From Vicinamibacterales bacterium (lineage in GTDB: Bacteria; Acidobacteriota; Vicinamibacteria; Vicinamibacterales; 2-12-FULL-66-21): 64,000 bases of DNA. The position numbers and the translations under genes were made by a program. Within the stretch, counting starts at the first letter, position 1. The number at the start of each line of letters is the position of its first letter. This document shows, piece after piece, positions 46,911 through 56,222 of the stretch. The stretch spans positions 2,833-66,832 of the forward strand of contig DATAEE010000391.1 in NCBI GenBank assembly GCA_036258175.1, given 5' to 3'. Below the pieces are notes generated by a model. The model was given only the letters and a program-made list of their open reading frames with translations, had not been told where the DNA came from and made no database searches.

Positions 46911-49328
46911 ATGAGGAAGACCAGCGCGGCGATCTTCAGCGCCGTTGTCGTCGGTTTGTGCTTAGGGGCACCGCCCACGCGGGCGGAACGAGTACCTCCG
47001 CGGCTCGCCGTATCGCACACCGCAGTTCTCAGCCCGCAATCCCAACGCACGTTGATCGAGGAGTACTGCCTCACTTGTCATGACGATGACAAGGAGAAGG
47101 GCGGCCTGAGTCTTCAGGCGTTCGATCCGGCGCGGGCCGATCAGCAGGCGGAGATCGCCGAAAAAGTGATTCGAAAGTTGCGCGCCGGGATGATGCCGCC
47201 TCCGGGCCAGGACCGGCCGGATGCAGCGACGGTCGACGCGCTCGCGGCCGCGCTCGAAGCGCATGTCGACAAGGCTGCGGCTGCGCGTCCGAACCCGGGA
47301 CGCCGCACCTTCCAGCGCCTGAACCGCGCCGAGTACGCCAGGTCGATTCGCGATCTCCTCTCGCTCGACGTCGACGTCTCGGCGTTTCTGCCGCCGGATA
47401 CCCTCAGCCACAACTTCGACAACATTGCCGACGTGCAGTCGTTCTCGCCGACGCTGCTGGAAGGGTATCTCCGCGCGGCGGGGAGAATCAGCCGTGACGC
47501 GCTCGGCGATCCGGACGCGAGCCCGACCTCGACGACCTTCAAGCTTCCGCGCACCGGCTCACAGCTCGCGCACGTCGAGGGCGCGCCGTTCGGCACGCGC
47601 GGCGGCATCTCGGTGATTCATAACTTTCCAGCGGACGGCGAGTACACGTTCCGGATGATGCTGCACTCGATCCCGACGGGTCAGCTGTACGGCAGCACCG
47701 CGCGCAACGAGCAGCTCGAAGTGTCCATCAACGGGGAGCGGAAGGCGCTGCTGGACATCAACCCGCGCATGAGCGAGGCGGATCCGAACGGCATGAACCT
47801 GCAGACGCCGCCCATCAGCGTCAAGGCAGGTCCACACCGTGTCTCCGCGGCGTTTATCCAGCGGTACGAAGGGCCGGTCGACGACATCCTGCGGCCAGTC
47901 GAGCACACGCTGGCCGACACGCAGATCGGCAGCGCGCTCGGCGTCACGACGCTGCCCCACCTCCGTGACCTCGCGATCGTGGGCCCGCTCAAAGTCACCG
48001 GCGTCTCCGAGACGCCGAGCCGGCGCAAGGTCTTCACGTGCCGGCCGCTCGAGCCGCAGGAACAGACGCCGTGCGCGACGAAGATCGTGTCGGACCTCGC
48101 ACGGCGCGCCTACCGGCGTCCCCTCACGCCGGAGGACGTCGCGGGGCTGATGAAGTTCTACAAGGCCGGGCGCGAGGAAGCCGACTTCGAGACCGGCATC
48201 CGCACCGCGCTGCAGGCGATCCTCGCCAGCCCGCATTTCATTTTCCGGCTCGAGGAAGTCCGGCCGGCCGCGAAGCCCGGGCAGAACTACCGGCTGAGCG
48301 ATCTGGATCTCGCGTCGCGGCTGTCGTACTTCCTCTGGGCGTCGCCGCCCGACGCCGAGCTGCTGACCGCTGCCGAGCAGCAGACGTTGAGGATCCCAGC
48401 AGTTTTCGAAAAGCAAGTGAGACGGATGCTCGCCGACCCGCGCGCTGCGGCGCTCGCGACGCGGTTCGCGGCGCAGTGGCTCCGGCTGCAGGATCTCGAG
48501 AAAATTCATCCCGACCCGCTGCAGTATCCGCAGTACGACCATACGCTCGGCGAGGCCATGCAACGCGAAACCGAGCTCTTCGTCGAGAGCATCGTCCGCG
48601 ACGATCGCAGCGTCCTTGACCTGCTGACTGCGGACTACACCTTCGTCGACGCTCGTCTCGCCCGCCACTACGGCATCCCGAACATCAGTGGCACGCGCTT
48701 CCAGCGCGTGCGCCTCCCGGATGAAAACCGTCGTGGCCTGCTCGGCCAGGGCAGCATCCTGACGATGACCTCGGTCGCCGACCGGACATCGCCCGTGCTG
48801 CGAGGCAAGTGGGTGATGGAAGTGCTCCTGGGAACGCCGCCACCGCCGCCGCCGGACGACGTGCCGGATCTCGAGGCGACGGGCTCGGCGAAGGGAGGCC
48901 GGCTCTTGTCGGTGCGCGAGCGGATGGAAGAGCACCGCAAGAACCCGACCTGCAATTCCTGTCACCGCGTCATCGATCCGCTCGGTCTGGCGCTGGAGAA
49001 CTTCGATGTCACCGGAGCGTGGCGGATCAGGGACAACGGCGTGATCGTGGATGCGTCCGGAACGCTCTACGACGGATCGACGTTGAACGGTCCTGCAGAT
49101 CTGCGTCAGGCGCTCCTCAAGCGCCAGGAAACGTTCCTGCGGACGTTCACCGAGAATCTGATGGCGTATGCGCTCGGACGCCGCATCGAGCCGTTCGACA
49201 TGCCGACGGTCCGCGCCACGGTGCGCGAGGCGGGCACGGCCAACCACAGGTTTTCGTCGTTTGTGATGGGGATTGTGAAGAGCCCGGCCTTCCAGATGAG
49301 CAGGATGGAGTCGGCCACAGAGCAATAA
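46911..49328 (+). CDS. DUF1592/DUF1587/DUF1595/DUF1588/DUF1585-type protein with an N-terminal planctomycete-type cytochrome c motif
   Basis: Start ATG 46911 gives MRKTSAAIFSAVVVGLCLG. CLTCH lies near the N-terminus and CNSCHRVIDPLG near the C-terminus. FQRLNRAEYARSIRDLL and FLWASPPD are typical of this family. Confidence 0.85.
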   Translation: MRKTSAAIFSAVVVGLCLGAPPTRAERVPPRLAVSHTAVLSPQSQRTLIEEYCLTCHDDDKEKGGLSLQAFDPARADQQAEIAEKVIRKLRAGMMPPPGQDRPDAATVDALAAALEAHVDKAAAARPNPGRRTFQRLNRAEYARSIRDLLSLDVDVSAFLPPDTLSHNFDNIADVQSFSPTLLEGYLRAAGRISRDALGDPDASPTSTTFKLPRTGSQLAHVEGAPFGTRGGISVIHNFPADGEYTFRMMLHSIPTGQLYGSTARNEQLEVSINGERKALLDINPRMSEADPNGMNLQTPPISVKAGPHRVSAAFIQRYEGPVDDILRPVEHTLADTQIGSALGVTTLPHLRDLAIVGPLKVTGVSETPSRRKVFTCRPLEPQEQTPCATKIVSDLARRAYRRPLTPEDVAGLMKFYKAGREEADFETGIRTALQAILASPHFIFRLEEVRPAAKPGQNYRLSDLDLASRLSYFLWASPPDAELLTAAEQQTLRIPAVFEKQVRRMLADPRAAALATRFAAQWLRLQDLEKIHPDPLQYPQYDHTLGEAMQRETELFVESIVRDDRSVLDLLTADYTFVDARLARHYGIPNISGTRFQRVRLPDENRRGLLGQGSILTMTSVADRTSPVLRGKWVMEVLLGTPPPPPPDDVPDLEATGSAKGGRLLSVRERMEEHRKNPTCNSCHRVIDPLGLALENFDVTGAWRIRDNGVIVDASGTLYDGSTLNGPADLRQALLKRQETFLRTFTENLMAYALGRRIEPFDMPTVRATVREAGTANHRFSSFVMGIVKSPAFQMSRMESATEQ

Positions 49329-49336
49329 AGGATGGA

Positions 49337-49359
49337 GTAGCGCAGCCCTTTAGGGCTGC
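49337..49359. repeat. REP-type hairpin GTAGC-GCAGCCC-TTTA-GGGCTGC
   Basis: It lies in the DUF1592-DUF1552 spacer and is near-identical to 21514-21536. Confidence 0.75.
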
Positions 49360-49370
49360 TCGAGGCAACG

Positions 49371-50774
49371 ATGTACATCACCAAAAAGCACGTGTCCCGT
49401 CGAACCGTCCTTCGCGGGATGGGAGTGACCGTCGCGCTGCCGTTCCTCGACGCGATGGTTCCGGCGCGCACCGCCCTCGCGAAGACCGCAGCGGCCGGCA
49501 GCACGCGCCTCTCGTGCATCGAGATGGTGCATGGCTCGGCAGGCGCGACGGCGTTCGGCCTGACGAAGAACATGTGGTCTCCGGCGGATGTGGGACGCAG
49601 CTTCGATCTCTCGCCCAGCAGCCTCAGCCCCCTGGAGCCGTATCGCGACTACCTCACAATCATCAGCAACACCGACGTGCGCAACGCCGAAGCGTTTCTA
49701 CCGAACGAAATCGGCGGCGATCATTTCCGATCGAGCGCGGTGTTCCTGACGCAGGCGCACCCGAAGCAGACGGAAGGCTCGGACGTGTACGTCGGGATCT
49801 CGATGGACCAGATGTACGCGAAGCGGTACGGCCAGGACACGCCCATCCCATCCCTGCAGTTGTGCGTCGAGAACGTCGACCAGTCAGGCGGCTGCGCATA
49901 CGGCTACGCTTGCGTCTACACCGACACGATCAGTTGGGCGGGGCCTGAAGATCCGCTGCCGATGGTCCGCGATCCGCGCGCCGCGTTCGACCAGTTGTTC
50001 GGCATGGGCGCTACGCCGGAGCAGCGCGCCGCGCACCGCAAAACCAACCGGAGCATCCTGGATTGGATTGCCGGCGAGGTGTCGCGCCTCCGCACCGACC
50101 TCGGCCCGGGCGACCGCGCGCGGCTGACGCAGTATCTCGAGGACATCCGTGAGATCGAGCGCCGCATCCAGCGCATCGAAGCGCACAACGCGAGCGGCGA
50201 GCCGCGCGAACTGCCCGGCGCACCGATCGGCGTGCCGGATTCGTTCGAAGAACACGTGAAGCTGATGTTCGACCTCCAGGCGCTCGCGTTCGCCGCCGAC
50301 ATCACACGCGTGTTTTCGTTCAAGATGGGACGCGATGGATCGGCGCGCGTCTATCCGATCGAGGGCGCCAAAGTGCCGTTCCATCCGGCGTCGCACCACG
50401 GCGAGCGCGAAGATCGCATCACCCAATTCGCCGCAATCAACAAGTACCACGTCGCGCTCGTCCCGTACTTCCTGGAGAAGCTCAAGAACCTGCAGGAAGG
50501 CGACAGCAATCTGCTCGCCAAGACGCTCGTCGTCTACGGGTCGCCGATGGGGAATTCGAACGTCCACAACCACAAACGCTGTCCGCTCTTCCTCGCGGGC
50601 CGGGCGAACGGCCAGTTGAAGGGGAACCTGCACCTCAAGGCCGCGGACGGTACGCCGATGGCGAACGTGATGTTGACGCTGCTGCACGGGCTCGGTCTCG
50701 ACGACGTGCAGAGCTTCGGCGACAGCACGGGGACGTTCGACCTGACGGGGGTTCCGAACACGACGATGGTGTAG
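49371..50774 (+). CDS. DUF1552 domain protein with a Tat-type signal
   Basis: SRRTVLRGMGVTVALPFL. GGDHFRSSAVFLT and HHGERED are typical of the DUF1552 partner of DUF1592 proteins. Confidence 0.85.
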   Translation: MYITKKHVSRRTVLRGMGVTVALPFLDAMVPARTALAKTAAAGSTRLSCIEMVHGSAGATAFGLTKNMWSPADVGRSFDLSPSSLSPLEPYRDYLTIISNTDVRNAEAFLPNEIGGDHFRSSAVFLTQAHPKQTEGSDVYVGISMDQMYAKRYGQDTPIPSLQLCVENVDQSGGCAYGYACVYTDTISWAGPEDPLPMVRDPRAAFDQLFGMGATPEQRAAHRKTNRSILDWIAGEVSRLRTDLGPGDRARLTQYLEDIREIERRIQRIEAHNASGEPRELPGAPIGVPDSFEEHVKLMFDLQALAFAADITRVFSFKMGRDGSARVYPIEGAKVPFHPASHHGEREDRITQFAAINKYHVALVPYFLEKLKNLQEGDSNLLAKTLVVYGSPMGNSNVHNHKRCPLFLAGRANGQLKGNLHLKAADGTPMANVMLTLLHGLGLDDVQSFGDSTGTFDLTGVPNTTMV

Positions 50775-50777
50775 CGC

Positions 50778-52595
50778 ATGCGAAACGTACGTGGCGGCCT
50801 GATCGTTAGCGCCACCGGCGTCTTGTGTCTTTCTGTGGTGCTCGTGGCCTCCGAGTCCAGCGTCGCGGATGCCGCGATGCAGGGCGGCCGCGAGACTGTG
50901 CGATCGCTGATCAAACAGGGCGCCGACGTCAACGCCGCGCAGGGTGACGGCATGACGGCCCTGCACTGGGCGGCGCGTCACGGCGACGCCGAGCTCGCGC
51001 GGACGCTGGTGTACGCCGGCGCGAACCTGAAGGCGACGACGCGGCTCGGCGGTTTCACGCCGCTCATCATGGCCAGCCAGATCGGCGACAGCGCGGTACT
51101 CGAGGTGTTGCTGAAAGCGGGCGCCGATCCGAAAGTGCCGACGGCGAACGGAACGACGCCGCTGATGTTCGCCGCTGCCTCAGGCCGCGTCGAGGCGGTC
51201 AAGCTGCTGCTGGCGCACGGCGCCCAGGTTGACGCGAAAGAATCCGCGCGCGGCGAGACCGCCCTGATGTTCGCCGCGGCACTGGGACAGATCGAGGCCC
51301 TGAAGGCGCTTGTGGAGAAGGGCGCCGACGTCAAAGCCGCGACGAAAGTGGTGGACGTCAAGACGCTCACCAACGCCGAAGAAGAAGCGTTCCTTCGCGC
51401 GCAGCAGCAGGGGCAGCGGCCACCGGCGCAGCGCACACCCGGCGCCGAGCCCGCCGTCGTCGGCGGCTACTCGGCCGCGCTGGCCCGTCCCACGACGAGC
51501 TCGGCGCGCGGCGAGAACACAGAGGCGCGCCCATCGCCGCAGCGGGCCGAGGGTGAGGCACGGCCCGATCCGGCGACGCAAGTCGCCGGGCTGAGCCGCC
51601 AGTTCCGGTTCGCCGAGCTGGTCAGCACACAGGGCGGACTGACCGCCCTTCACTTTGCGATCCGGCAGGGGCACGCCGACGCCGTCAAGCTGTTGCTCGA
51701 GTCCGGCGCCGAGCTGAATCAACCCAGTGGCGACGGCACGACGCCGCTCCTCGCGGCCATCATCAACGGTCGCTTCGACCTCGCGATGTCTCTGCTCGAT
51801 CGCGGCGCTGATCCGCGGCTGGCGAGCGACAACGGCGTCACGCCGCTCTACGCCGCGCTCAACGTCCAGTGGGCGCCGAAAGCGCTGTATCCTCAGCCGC
51901 GCGCCTATACACAGCAGAAGGCGTCCTACATCGACGTGATGAAAGCGCTTCTCGACAGGAACGTCGACGTCAACGCGCGGCTGAAGAAAAAGGTCTGGTA
52001 CTCCGGGTACAACTTCGATTTGTCCGGCGTTGACGAAATCGGTGCTACGCCGTTCTGGCGCGCGGCGTACGCGAGCGACGTCGAGGCGATGAAGCTACTG
52101 GTCGCGCACGGCGCGGATCCGAACCTGGCGACCGTCAAGCCGGCAGGGCGCCCGCGGACGGGCGATGGCGGCCGAGAAGTGGTCGAGGACGTGTCGGGCC
52201 TGCCGCCAGTGCCAGTCGGAGGACCGGGCGTGACGCCGCTCCAGGCTGCGACGGGCGTCGGATACGGCGAGGGGTTCGCCGCGAATTCCCATCGCAACGC
52301 GCCGAGCGGCTGGATGCCGGCAGTCCGCTACCTCGTCGAAGAGATCGGCGTCGACGTGAACGCGAGAGACCACGAGGGGAACACCGCACTCCATCACGCG
52401 GCGGCGCGTGGCGACAACGAGATGATTCTCTATCTAATCTCGAAAGGCGCCGACGTGAAGGCGGTCAACCGCGCCGGCGAGACGACGGCGGACATGGCCA
52501 ACGGTCCGGTGCAGCGCACACAGCCGTTCCCCGAGACGCTCGAGCTGCTGGTGAAGCTGGGCGCGAAGAACAACAATAAGTGCAAGTCGTGTTAG
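50778..52595 (+). CDS. Secreted ankyrin-repeat protein
   Basis: Signal-like N-terminus. There are repeated GDGMTALHWAARHGD, GFTPLIMA and GNTALHHAAARGD units, plus a central low-complexity linker. It starts 4 nt after the DUF1552 stop. Confidence 0.85.
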   Translation: MRNVRGGLIVSATGVLCLSVVLVASESSVADAAMQGGRETVRSLIKQGADVNAAQGDGMTALHWAARHGDAELARTLVYAGANLKATTRLGGFTPLIMASQIGDSAVLEVLLKAGADPKVPTANGTTPLMFAAASGRVEAVKLLLAHGAQVDAKESARGETALMFAAALGQIEALKALVEKGADVKAATKVVDVKTLTNAEEEAFLRAQQQGQRPPAQRTPGAEPAVVGGYSAALARPTTSSARGENTEARPSPQRAEGEARPDPATQVAGLSRQFRFAELVSTQGGLTALHFAIRQGHADAVKLLLESGAELNQPSGDGTTPLLAAIINGRFDLAMSLLDRGADPRLASDNGVTPLYAALNVQWAPKALYPQPRAYTQQKASYIDVMKALLDRNVDVNARLKKKVWYSGYNFDLSGVDEIGATPFWRAAYASDVEAMKLLVAHGADPNLATVKPAGRPRTGDGGREVVEDVSGLPPVPVGGPGVTPLQAATGVGYGEGFAANSHRNAPSGWMPAVRYLVEEIGVDVNARDHEGNTALHHAAARGDNEMILYLISKGADVKAVNRAGETTADMANGPVQRTQPFPETLELLVKLGAKNNNKCKSC

Positions 52596-53224
52596 TGGGT
52601 TCCTGGGGTTCTTAAGGTTCCTGGGGTTCTCGGTTCCTGCGGTTCCGACGTTTTCCCCTCACTTTCGACCTGCCGCAGCCGCGTTTCGAGCTGCCGGCAT
52701 CGCGCCTCCGACTCCTGCAACAGCTTCCGCCCTTCCACTTCGTGCATGACGCACGTCGCGAGCTCCTGCAGGGTTTCCACGTCCTCGTAACTCCACGTGC
52801 GCGGCCGGCTGTCAATCACGCAGAAGCTGCCGATCACATGGCCGTCGCTCGTCGTCAGAGGAATGCCGGCGTACGCCGCGATGCCCATCAACTGAATCGC
52901 CGGGTTCATCTGCACGAGCGGGTTCACCCGCGCATCGTCGACGATGAGCGGCTTGGCGCTGCCGACGACGTGCTTGCAGAAGGAGTGAGAGAGCGGCGTC
53001 TGCCGCTCTGAGGCGATCGGCTGGGGAAGGCCCACGCAGGACTTGAAGAACTGCCGGTCGCGATCCACGAGGGACACCAGCCCGATCGGCGCGTGGAGCA
53101 TGCGGCACGCGATGCGCGTCAGGCGATCGAGGGCCGCTTCCGGAGGCGTGTCCAGGATGCTGAGGCGTTGGAGCGCCGCGAGACGGGAAACGGACCGGAC
53201 GATAGCGAGGAGCTCATCCGACAT
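52592..53224 (-). CDS. GAF-domain protein with a coiled-coil and a repeat-encoded C-terminal tail
   Basis: Start ATG 53224 gives MSDELLAIV. LDRLTRIACRMLHAPIGLVSLVD, IAAYAGIPL and GSFCVID form the GAF domain. The tail SEPQEPRTPGTLRTPGTH is encoded by the GGTTCC array. Confidence 0.8.
   Translation of the reverse strand: MSDELLAIVRSVSRLAALQRLSILDTPPEAALDRLTRIACRMLHAPIGLVSLVDRDRQFFKSCVGLPQPIASERQTPLSHSFCKHVVGSAKPLIVDDARVNPLVQMNPAIQLMGIAAYAGIPLTTSDGHVIGSFCVIDSRPRTWSYEDVETLQELATCVMHEVEGRKLLQESEARCRQLETRLRQVESEGKTSEPQEPRTPGTLRTPGTH
52597..52647. repeat. 9-bp-periodic GGTTCC/GGTTCT tandem array
   Basis: GGGTTCCTG GGGTTCTTA AGGTTCCTG GGGTTCTC GGTTCCTGC GGTTCCG. It lies inside the 3' end of the GAF gene. 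Confidence 0.85.
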
Positions 53225-53339
53225 GGCAACCCTCCGGCGACCCCAGGACCCGTAGCTTACGCCCCGCCTTCGCACACAGGCAAGCCAGTCGCTTCCGCCT
53301 GCCCGCGTCGCGCTTCGGCGGGACAAGTCGGCGCGGCTC

Positions 53340-53395
53340 TTGACAGTCTATACTGTGCGATATACAGTGTGTGTCACACACTGTGAGTAACACAG
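53340..53395 (+). promoter_or_regulatory. Candidate sigma-70 promoter overlapping nested ACAGT/ACTGT palindromes (putative PadR operator)
   Basis: TTGACA (53340-53345), a 17-nt spacer, then TACAGT (53363-53368). A 19-bp perfect palindrome, CAGTGTGTGTCACACACTG, lies at 53365-53383. Flanking dyads are ACTGT-N7-ACAGT and CTGTG-N5-CACAG. Confidence 0.5.
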
Positions 53396-53727
53396 CACCC
53401 GCCGTCAACGAGGACCTGTTCGAATCGCTCCGTCTCGAGCTCCGCCGCGGCTGCCTCATCGTCGCCGTGCTGGCTCAGCTCCGAGTCGAGCACTATGGGT
53501 ACACCCTTCGAAAGGCGCTCGCCGAGAAGGGGATAGTGATGGACGAGGGCACGCTGTATCCGCTCCTGCGCCGGCTCGAAAGCCAGGGGCTCCTCGTGAG
53601 CGAGTGGCGCGAGGAAGAGAAGCGCAACAAGCGCTTCTATCGTCTGTCGGCCGACGGAAAGCTGATCCTCAAGCAGCTGCTGGCGGAGTGGAAGAGCATC
53701 AACACCGCGCTGGAACGGATTCTTTAA
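53371..53727 (+). CDS. PadR-family transcriptional regulator
   Basis: YGYTLRKAL, EGTLYPLLRRLESQGLL and KRNKRFYRLSADG form the PadR winged helix. The start is uncertain (GTG 53371 or GTG 53383) and the mRNA may be leaderless. Confidence 0.85.
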   Translation: MSHTVSNTAPAVNEDLFESLRLELRRGCLIVAVLAQLRVEHYGYTLRKALAEKGIVMDEGTLYPLLRRLESQGLLVSEWREEEKRNKRFYRLSADGKLILKQLLAEWKSINTALERIL

Positions 53728-53738
53728 GGAACGACGCC

Positions 53739-54725
53739 ATGGAACTGCTCGATCGATATCTGCACGCGCTCAAGACGTATCTCCCCAAGGCGCAACAGCG
53801 CGACATCGTCGCGGAGCTGTCGGACAACATCCTGTCTGATGTCGAGGAGCAGGAGGCGGTGCTCGGGCGGCGGCTGAACCGCGCCGAGGAAGTCGAGGTC
53901 CTCAAAAAGTACGGCCATCCGCTCCTGGCCGCCGGCCGCTACCTTCCGCAGCAGTATCTGATCGGCCCTGCGCTCTATCCGTACTACTTGTTCGCGCTGA
54001 AGGTGCTGACGGCGATTCTGGTGCTGGGAAACGTCGCGGCCGCGATCGTCTCCGGCTTCATGTCCAGGAATCCGGCGGGGATCGCCGGCCATCTCGTCGA
54101 AAACGTGATCCGGGCCGTCATCTTCGGCATCGGCGTCGTCACGATCGGTTTCGCCGCGCTGGAGCGCTGGCAGGTCAAGATTCGTTTTCTCGAGACGTGG
54201 GACCCGGCCGCGCTGCCGGCGGTGTCGAGCGTCGACGCCGAGCGCGTCCCGCTGTCCGAGTCGATCTTCGGGCTCATTTTCGGGGCGCTCTTCCTTCTCT
54301 ACTGGCTCGCCGTGCCGCCGTTCGACCGAATTGCCGTCGGCGGCGAGGGCGTCAGGGTCCAACTGGCTCCGATCTGGCGGCAGTTCTATCTGCCGGTCAT
54401 GTTTCTCATCCTGATCGGCATCGTCCAGACCGGCGTCAACCTGGTGAAGCCTCACTGGATCCGTTTCCGCGAAATCACTCGCATCGTGACCGACGTGATC
54501 GTCATCGTGATGGCCTATCTGATCCTGCGCACGAAGGATCTCGTCCTGATCATCGTCGAAGCTACCGGAGATCCGACTGCGCACGCCGACAAGGCGGCGA
54601 TTCTCAACAAAGTCGTCGCGTTTGGGATCGCAGTGGCCGCCGCGGTCTTCGCCGTCGACATGATCATCAACTTGTGGCGGATCGCCGGGCGGCCGGGCGC
54701 GAATCTCGTGCACGTGCGATCGTGA
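53739..54725 (+). CDS. PadR-associated membrane protein (DUF1700/HAAS-like N-terminal helix domain plus about 6 TM)
   Basis: ATG 53739. MELLDRYLHALKTYLPKAQQRDIVAELSDNI through VLKKYGHP, followed by multiple hydrophobic helices. Confidence 0.7.
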   Translation: MELLDRYLHALKTYLPKAQQRDIVAELSDNILSDVEEQEAVLGRRLNRAEEVEVLKKYGHPLLAAGRYLPQQYLIGPALYPYYLFALKVLTAILVLGNVAAAIVSGFMSRNPAGIAGHLVENVIRAVIFGIGVVTIGFAALERWQVKIRFLETWDPAALPAVSSVDAERVPLSESIFGLIFGALFLLYWLAVPPFDRIAVGGEGVRVQLAPIWRQFYLPVMFLILIGIVQTGVNLVKPHWIRFREITRIVTDVIVIVMAYLILRTKDLVLIIVEATGDPTAHADKAAILNKVVAFGIAVAAAVFAVDMIINLWRIAGRPGANLVHVRS

Positions 54726-54749
54726 GGGCGCGGTTATACTGACGGCTCC

Positions 54750-56222
54750 ATGCGCTTAACGATTTTCATCACGTTGTCCGTCACGCTTGGCGTTGCCGCT
54801 CACGCGTCGGAGAACTGGACCCGCTTCCGCGGTCCGAACGGCACCGGCGTGTCGGATGCGAAGAATCTTCCGACCACCTTCGGTCCGACGACGAATGTGC
54901 GGTGGAAGACGGCGCTGCCACCGGGTCACTCCTCACCGGTCGTCACGAACTCCCGAATCTTCCTGACCGCGCATACGCCGGACAAGACTGAGTTCCAGCT
55001 GTTCGTCATCGCCCTCGATCGATCCACCGGCCGCGAGCTGTGGCGACGCGAGGTTCCTCGCCGGCAGAAGGGGAGGCAGGAGAACGTCAACGGGCCCGCC
55101 TCGCCGAGTCCGGTCACCGACGGAACGAATGTGTATGCGTTCTTCCAGGACTTCGGGTTGATCAGTTTCGGCCCCGACGGCCGGGAGCGGTGGCGCCTGC
55201 CGCTTGGCCCGTTCAACATGTTCTATGGCTTCGGCGCGTCGCCGATTCTCGTGGAGGACGTGCTGCTGTTGCCGGTTGATCAGGACACCGATTCGAACCT
55301 GCTGGCGATCGATTCTGCGACTGGCAGGGAACGGTGGAAGGTGTCTCGCCCGCACGTCATCTCCGGCTACTCGACGCCGACGGTCTACCGGCCTGCAGGC
55401 GGCGGCGCGCAGATACTGGTGCCCGAATCGTTCCAGCTGACCGCCTATTCGGTGAAGGACGGCTCGAAAATCTGGTGGGTGCGCGGCCTCGCGTGCGAGA
55501 TGAAATCGGTGGCGAGCCTCGACGCCACGACGCTCTACGTCAACGGCTGGGGCTTCCGGCAGAACCAGGCGGGCGAGCAGATTCCGACCGTCACGTTCGA
55601 GGAAGGCCTCAAGCGGTACGACAAGAACGGAGACGGCCTCATCGCAAGCGGCGAAGTGATCGGCGACGAGCCGATGGACCGAATGTTGAGTCCGAAGTAC
55701 GGCTACGCCGCGTTCGACGGGAATCGCGACGGACAGCTGAACGCCGTGGAGTGGGCGATCTTCCGCGCGATGCTGGCGTCGGAGAACGGACTGCTCGCCA
55801 TTCGCCTCGGCGGACAGGGGGACATGACCGATCAGGCGGTCCGCTGGAAGTACAAGCGGCCGGTTCCGCAGGTCCCATCGACGCTGCTGTATCGCGACGT
55901 CCTGTTCATGGTGAACGACAGCGGGATTCTGATCTCGTTCGACCCGCAGACCGGTGACGTCCTCAAGCAGGGCCGTCTCAAGGGCGCCATCGACAAGTAC
56001 TTCGCCTCACCGATTGGCGCCGATGGCAAGGTCTGGCTGGTCAGCCAGGACGGCACCGTTTCGGTCGTGTCCGCCCAGGCTCAGTGGGAGATCCTGGCAG
56101 TGAACGCGCTCGAGGACGAAGTGTTCGCGACGCCGGTGCCGGCAGACGGCGAGTTGCTGATCAGAACGAAGAGCGCCCTGTACGCCTTTGGCGCCTCCGG
56201 TGCTGCGCCGAGCGGGCACTAG
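54750..56222 (+). CDS. Secreted PQQ-like (BamB-type) beta-propeller repeat protein with two EF-hand calcium-binding loops
   Basis: Signal peptide. NWTRFRGPNGTG, SSPVV and DGRERWR are the repeat motifs. EF-hands are DKNGDGLIASGE and DGNRDGQLNAVE. Confidence 0.8.
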   Translation: MRLTIFITLSVTLGVAAHASENWTRFRGPNGTGVSDAKNLPTTFGPTTNVRWKTALPPGHSSPVVTNSRIFLTAHTPDKTEFQLFVIALDRSTGRELWRREVPRRQKGRQENVNGPASPSPVTDGTNVYAFFQDFGLISFGPDGRERWRLPLGPFNMFYGFGASPILVEDVLLLPVDQDTDSNLLAIDSATGRERWKVSRPHVISGYSTPTVYRPAGGGAQILVPESFQLTAYSVKDGSKIWWVRGLACEMKSVASLDATTLYVNGWGFRQNQAGEQIPTVTFEEGLKRYDKNGDGLIASGEVIGDEPMDRMLSPKYGYAAFDGNRDGQLNAVEWAIFRAMLASENGLLAIRLGGQGDMTDQAVRWKYKRPVPQVPSTLLYRDVLFMVNDSGILISFDPQTGDVLKQGRLKGAIDKYFASPIGADGKVWLVSQDGTVSVVSAQAQWEILAVNALEDEVFATPVPADGELLIRTKSALYAFGASGAAPSGH

